Source: Candidatus Nanohalobium sp.
GTDB taxonomy: Archaea; Nanohalarchaeota; Nanosalinia; Nanosalinales; Nanosalinaceae
Reading direction: 5' to 3'
Assembly: GCA_042217555.1 (NCBI GenBank)
Contig: JBDGSL010000022.1
Location: 1-27,839, forward strand
DNA: 27,839 bases
Positions 25,829 to 27,839 of the stretch are shown piece after piece. The notes beneath the pieces are model-generated. The model was not told the DNA's origin and did not search any database. It saw only the letters and a program-made list of their open reading frames with translations. The translations under genes were made by a program, and so were the position numbers. The first letter of the stretch is position 1. The number at the start of each line of letters is the position of its first letter.

Positions 25829-27208
25829 TTATTCGCTTTCGAGGTCATAATTTTGTTCAAGATAATCCATTTGGGAAGACATTACCTGTGTAACTCTTTC
25901 CTCCTGGGATCCTTGTGCCTGATCATACATCTGGAAGATATCATCCATTGTTTCATCAAGACCCTCAGCGTCATACCCATCAAGTCTGTCATAAACCTCT
26001 TCTCTATTATCCTCAAGGTTACCTTTCCGGTACGCTGTCCAGAACTGAGCAAAAGCCTCTGTAAACTCCGTAGGAACTTGAGCGCTTTTTTCAACTCTAT
26101 CAGCATACTGTTCCATATGCCTCTCAAAGTCTCCCTGTAACTCAGCCTCCCTCAGAATAGCGCCTTCAAGATGTTCGACAGTATCACCTTTGTATCTAAG
26201 AGGCTTCAGAGTTTTTTCCTTCCATTCTTCCTCGACTTCTCTTACATCTTTCAGAGTATCCTTGATCTCCTGTTTGGAAACTCCGGCCTGTCTAATCTCT
26301 TCGTATTCATCTACGCCTTCTTCCTCTAACTCATCTACAGCCTGATTAATACCTTCGAAATCCTCCATTTCATCCATTTTGGGATCCGCAAGATTAGTTA
26401 GTTCATCAAATTTAAACTCAGTCATAGGATCTAGAGAATTTGTTACATCAGAAGTTAACTCTTCTTTCTCACTTCTGTACTGTTCATGAGCACTCTGGTA
26501 TTTATTTTCCCACTTCATGTGCTCTCTACCAGCCAAACTTACAATATTTTGCAATCTATCGTCATCTACGAAATCCATCGCAGCAGCAAGCTCAATATCC
26601 TTCAGGGTAGAAATACCTTCATTAATCTGTCTTTCATCGTACCGATCAAGATCCTCATTAATATTCTTCACATCACGAACATAATTCCTGAAATTCTGCT
26701 CAAGAGGTTCCACATTCCCATCCATCACATACTGATAATGTGATGCATGAACAAGTTCATGTTCAGAATCATGCAAAAGCTCATCATCAAGAGAATCTCT
26801 CAAATCCTGTTGAAAATTATCATCGACCTCACTGTCATTTACAGCTGCAAGATAATGAAACTTGGAAAGTTTCACACTATCAGCGAAACTCAAGTCATCT
26901 CCCATAAGGCCTATAGTCCTCAACTCATCTGAAAAAGCTCCTCTATTCCTCTCAAAAGCCTCAGTAACCTGTTCCATATCCGCATCATCAAGTTCATTAA
27001 TAACTCTGGTAGCAGCAAGAGGCTTATAAATATCAATTCTATCGTCAAGACTGCTGTAACTTGCAGCCTCAAGGCCTTCACTCACACCAAAAGTAGAAAA
27101 CAACTCCGACTTTGAATTAACCTGATCATGGGATTTTACAGTCTCAGGACTCTCGACATCAACACCGTGATCCTTTAGGTTCTCAAGAGCTTCATCAACA
27201 GTAGACAT
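25829..27208 (-). CDS. Highly acidic 459-aa protein with HExxH motif (putative zincin metallopeptidase-like)
   Basis: HELVHASH plus distal TEAFAQF (possible third ligand E), with a long helical insert between them. Confidence 0.6.
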   Translation of the reverse strand: MSTVDEALENLKDHGVDVESPETVKSHDQVNSKSELFSTFGVSEGLEAASYSSLDDRIDIYKPLAATRVINELDDADMEQVTEAFERNRGAFSDELRTIGLMGDDLSFADSVKLSKFHYLAAVNDSEVDDNFQQDLRDSLDDELLHDSEHELVHASHYQYVMDGNVEPLEQNFRNYVRDVKNINEDLDRYDERQINEGISTLKDIELAAAMDFVDDDRLQNIVSLAGREHMKWENKYQSAHEQYRSEKEELTSDVTNSLDPMTEFKFDELTNLADPKMDEMEDFEGINQAVDELEEEGVDEYEEIRQAGVSKQEIKDTLKDVREVEEEWKEKTLKPLRYKGDTVEHLEGAILREAELQGDFERHMEQYADRVEKSAQVPTEFTEAFAQFWTAYRKGNLEDNREEVYDRLDGYDAEGLDETMDDIFQMYDQAQGSQEERVTQVMSSQMDYLEQNYDLESE

Positions 27209-27493
27209 ATGTTGTCATTTTATAGTAACAATTAAATATGTTTTGGCTGTTTCAGGACTTGGATAAGATATTGAGGAATTCAACGATTCGCAGATAGGTT
27301 TCGAATCTGTTCTGAAAGTGGAGTTATGCTCACAATCTGGTTTTCAAAAATTCTCCTAATTGGTTAAATTTTTGACCAGCCACTTAATTTTCTAACCTAG
27401 AAGGTTAAATAGGTATTTAAAAGTTAAGTAGAAAGCTTAGGCAAGGTTAAAGCCTTAAGCGAAAGCAGAAAATGATGTATAAGTCTTGTCGCG

Positions 27494-27684
27494 TGTCCCC
27501 CGCATCATTTCGTCTCACGAAATGCTGCTATTAACAGCATCGCCGAAGGCGAATGCTGTGCCCCGCACTTTTCCTCTGGAAAACATGCTAGAGCTGGAAT
27601 CAAGTTCGAATCCAGCGTCCCGCATCATTTCGTTTCACGAAATTTGCTTTGAGAAGCAGCTTGTAGAGCCTGCTTCGCCCCTCA
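27494..27684. repeat. Three-unit structured repeat (~60-bp period), each unit CCCGCA-hairpin-TGCT plus a second hairpin
   Basis: CCCGCA at 27499, 27562 and 27619. 27499-27523 and 27619-27643 are 24/25 identical. TGTCCCCCGCA (27494-27504) equals the last 11 nt of tRNA-Leu. Confidence 0.7.
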
Positions 27685-27839
27685 ACTTAAATTTTTAAAC
27701 TCAAATCAGTTTCTGAGCATACTTCTCTTGAGAAACTTCTCAAACCTGTCAACTATTTAAGCCAGCAGTGAAATATGTTAAATTTTTTAAATCTTTACAA
27801 CACTTACAATGTTATTATGTCTGCGACAAAGAGGATTCC

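Noticed and set aside
934..26932. Numerous antisense or nested ORFs in the six-frame track
   Set aside because: They lie opposite or within well-supported genes and show the S/F/L-rich composition expected from antisense reading of acidic-protein codons.
27494..27684. CRISPR array or an intact tRNA gene (GTTCGAATCC at 27604-27613)
   Set aside because: No constant repeat with unique spacers, no cas genes in the window, and no cloverleaf around the T-loop-like sequence.

Overview
Archaeal genomic window, most likely from a Nanohaloarchaeota (DPANN) genome. This is inferred from the archaeal markers (rps17e, ABCE1, NusA-like, BHB-intron tRNAs), the very acidic proteome and the compact operons. 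Housekeeping genes include ftsZ, gatC, glmS, ABCE1 and rps17e, plus a 930-aa surface glycoprotein. Two mobile elements can be delimited to the base: (i) a 399-bp non-autonomous IS200/IS605 element (3965-4363) splitting a DUF211 gene, and (ii) a 3.08-kb IS5-like cargo element (13409-16492, 9-bp TSD) next to tRNA-Trp, carrying a methyltransferase and a geranylgeranyl-reductase-family gene. The most unusual signal is a set of hairpin-rich non-coding sequences. The tRNA-Trp intron (268 nt) and tRNA-Leu intron (112 nt) share a 27-nt stem-loop with a compensatory change, and related stems recur in a ~500-nt structured region 3' of ftsZ. There is also a GGGC-loop hairpin array 5' of ftsZ and a ~60-bp-period structured array near the window end. 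ABCE1 has lost all of its Fe-S cysteines. All alignments and folds were done by eye; no database searches were run.
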